Virus record (IMG/VR): IMGVR_UViG_3300020049_005532
Span: 1 to 22,465 of that record
Length of the DNA: 22,465 nucleotides
Reading direction: 5' to 3' (one strand)
Source of the DNA: a virus
Taxonomy: Duplodnaviria > Heunggongvirae > Uroviricota > Caudoviricetes
Shown here: positions 22,130-22,465 of the stretch, in pieces
Layout: every line of letters starts with the position of its first letter
Position numbering within the stretch: position 1 is the first letter of the stretch
Notes under the pieces: model-generated
Told to the model about the DNA's origin: nothing
Databases searched by the model: none
What the model saw: the letters and a program-made list of their open reading frames with translations, nothing else
Program-made: the position numbers and the translations under genes

Positions 22130-22465
22130 TGGCGTTTCGTAAGATATATGACGGTCTTAGACTTCTTGCTAAAACAGTTTCTTCCGGTTCAACACTCGGA
22201 AGCATCCAAGCTCTTGATCCAAATAGTGATGGCATTGGGACCGTGCAAGTTCATAACGGAACTAGCTACTCAGATGTTGTTACAGCGGCACATGCTGCAA
22301 CATTAACGAATAAATCTATTGACGGGTTTAATAATACTGTCACAAACCTTCTTGATTCTGCCATTGCGCCAAATGCCGAAATAGAAGTTACAAAACTTGA
22401 AACATTTCCAGACGGCCATGTTCTAATTGGTGTAAGCGGAACAAATACAATTCAAGCACCAAGCT
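22129..22465 (+). CDS. 5' part of a putative tail-fibre-like virion protein (truncated by window end)
   Basis: MAFRKIYDGLRLLAK...AATLTNKSIDGFNNTVTN...; open to the window edge; TLTNKS/T-type motif typical of phage fibre proteins. Confidence 0.6.
   Translation, partial: MAFRKIYDGLRLLAKTVSSGSTLGSIQALDPNSDGIGTVQVHNGTSYSDVVTAAHAATLTNKSIDGFNNTVTNLLDSAIAPNAEIEVTKLETFPDGHVLIGVSGTNTIQAPS

Noticed and set aside
1-22465. tRNA, rRNA, integrase/att site, or host assignment
   Set aside because: No cloverleaf, rRNA-like or integrase sequence was recognised, and the host cannot be determined from this window.

Overview
This window is part of a tailed dsDNA phage genome, with no host genes, tRNA, rRNA or CRISPR array visible. 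From left to right it holds: an AT-rich repeat-containing region (1-810); a sigma70-driven array of 16 translationally coupled 37-59 aa ORFs (818-3237); small Zn-finger, zincin and membrane genes; a minus-strand M15-type peptidase (probable endolysin); a packaging and head module (putative TerS, free-standing GIY-YIG endonuclease, TerL, portal, ADP-ribosyltransferase-like protein, scaffold, capsid-associated protein, major capsid protein); an inverted 4.5 kb accessory block with an HNH endonuclease and a second microgene array; and the start of further virion genes. The main result is that the major capsid gene is not the 296 aa ORF in the track. It reconstructs as a 415 aa gene split by three group I introns, join(14523..14693,14898..14924,15164..15243,16040..17009), including a 27-nt micro-exon between two sibling introns. 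Intron 3 carries a GIY-YIG ORF, and intron 2 contains a sigma70-like promoter. A six-copy intergenic motif, TTAACAACTT(A), precedes the virion and lysis operons and is a candidate phage late promoter. All calls were made by eye without database searches.
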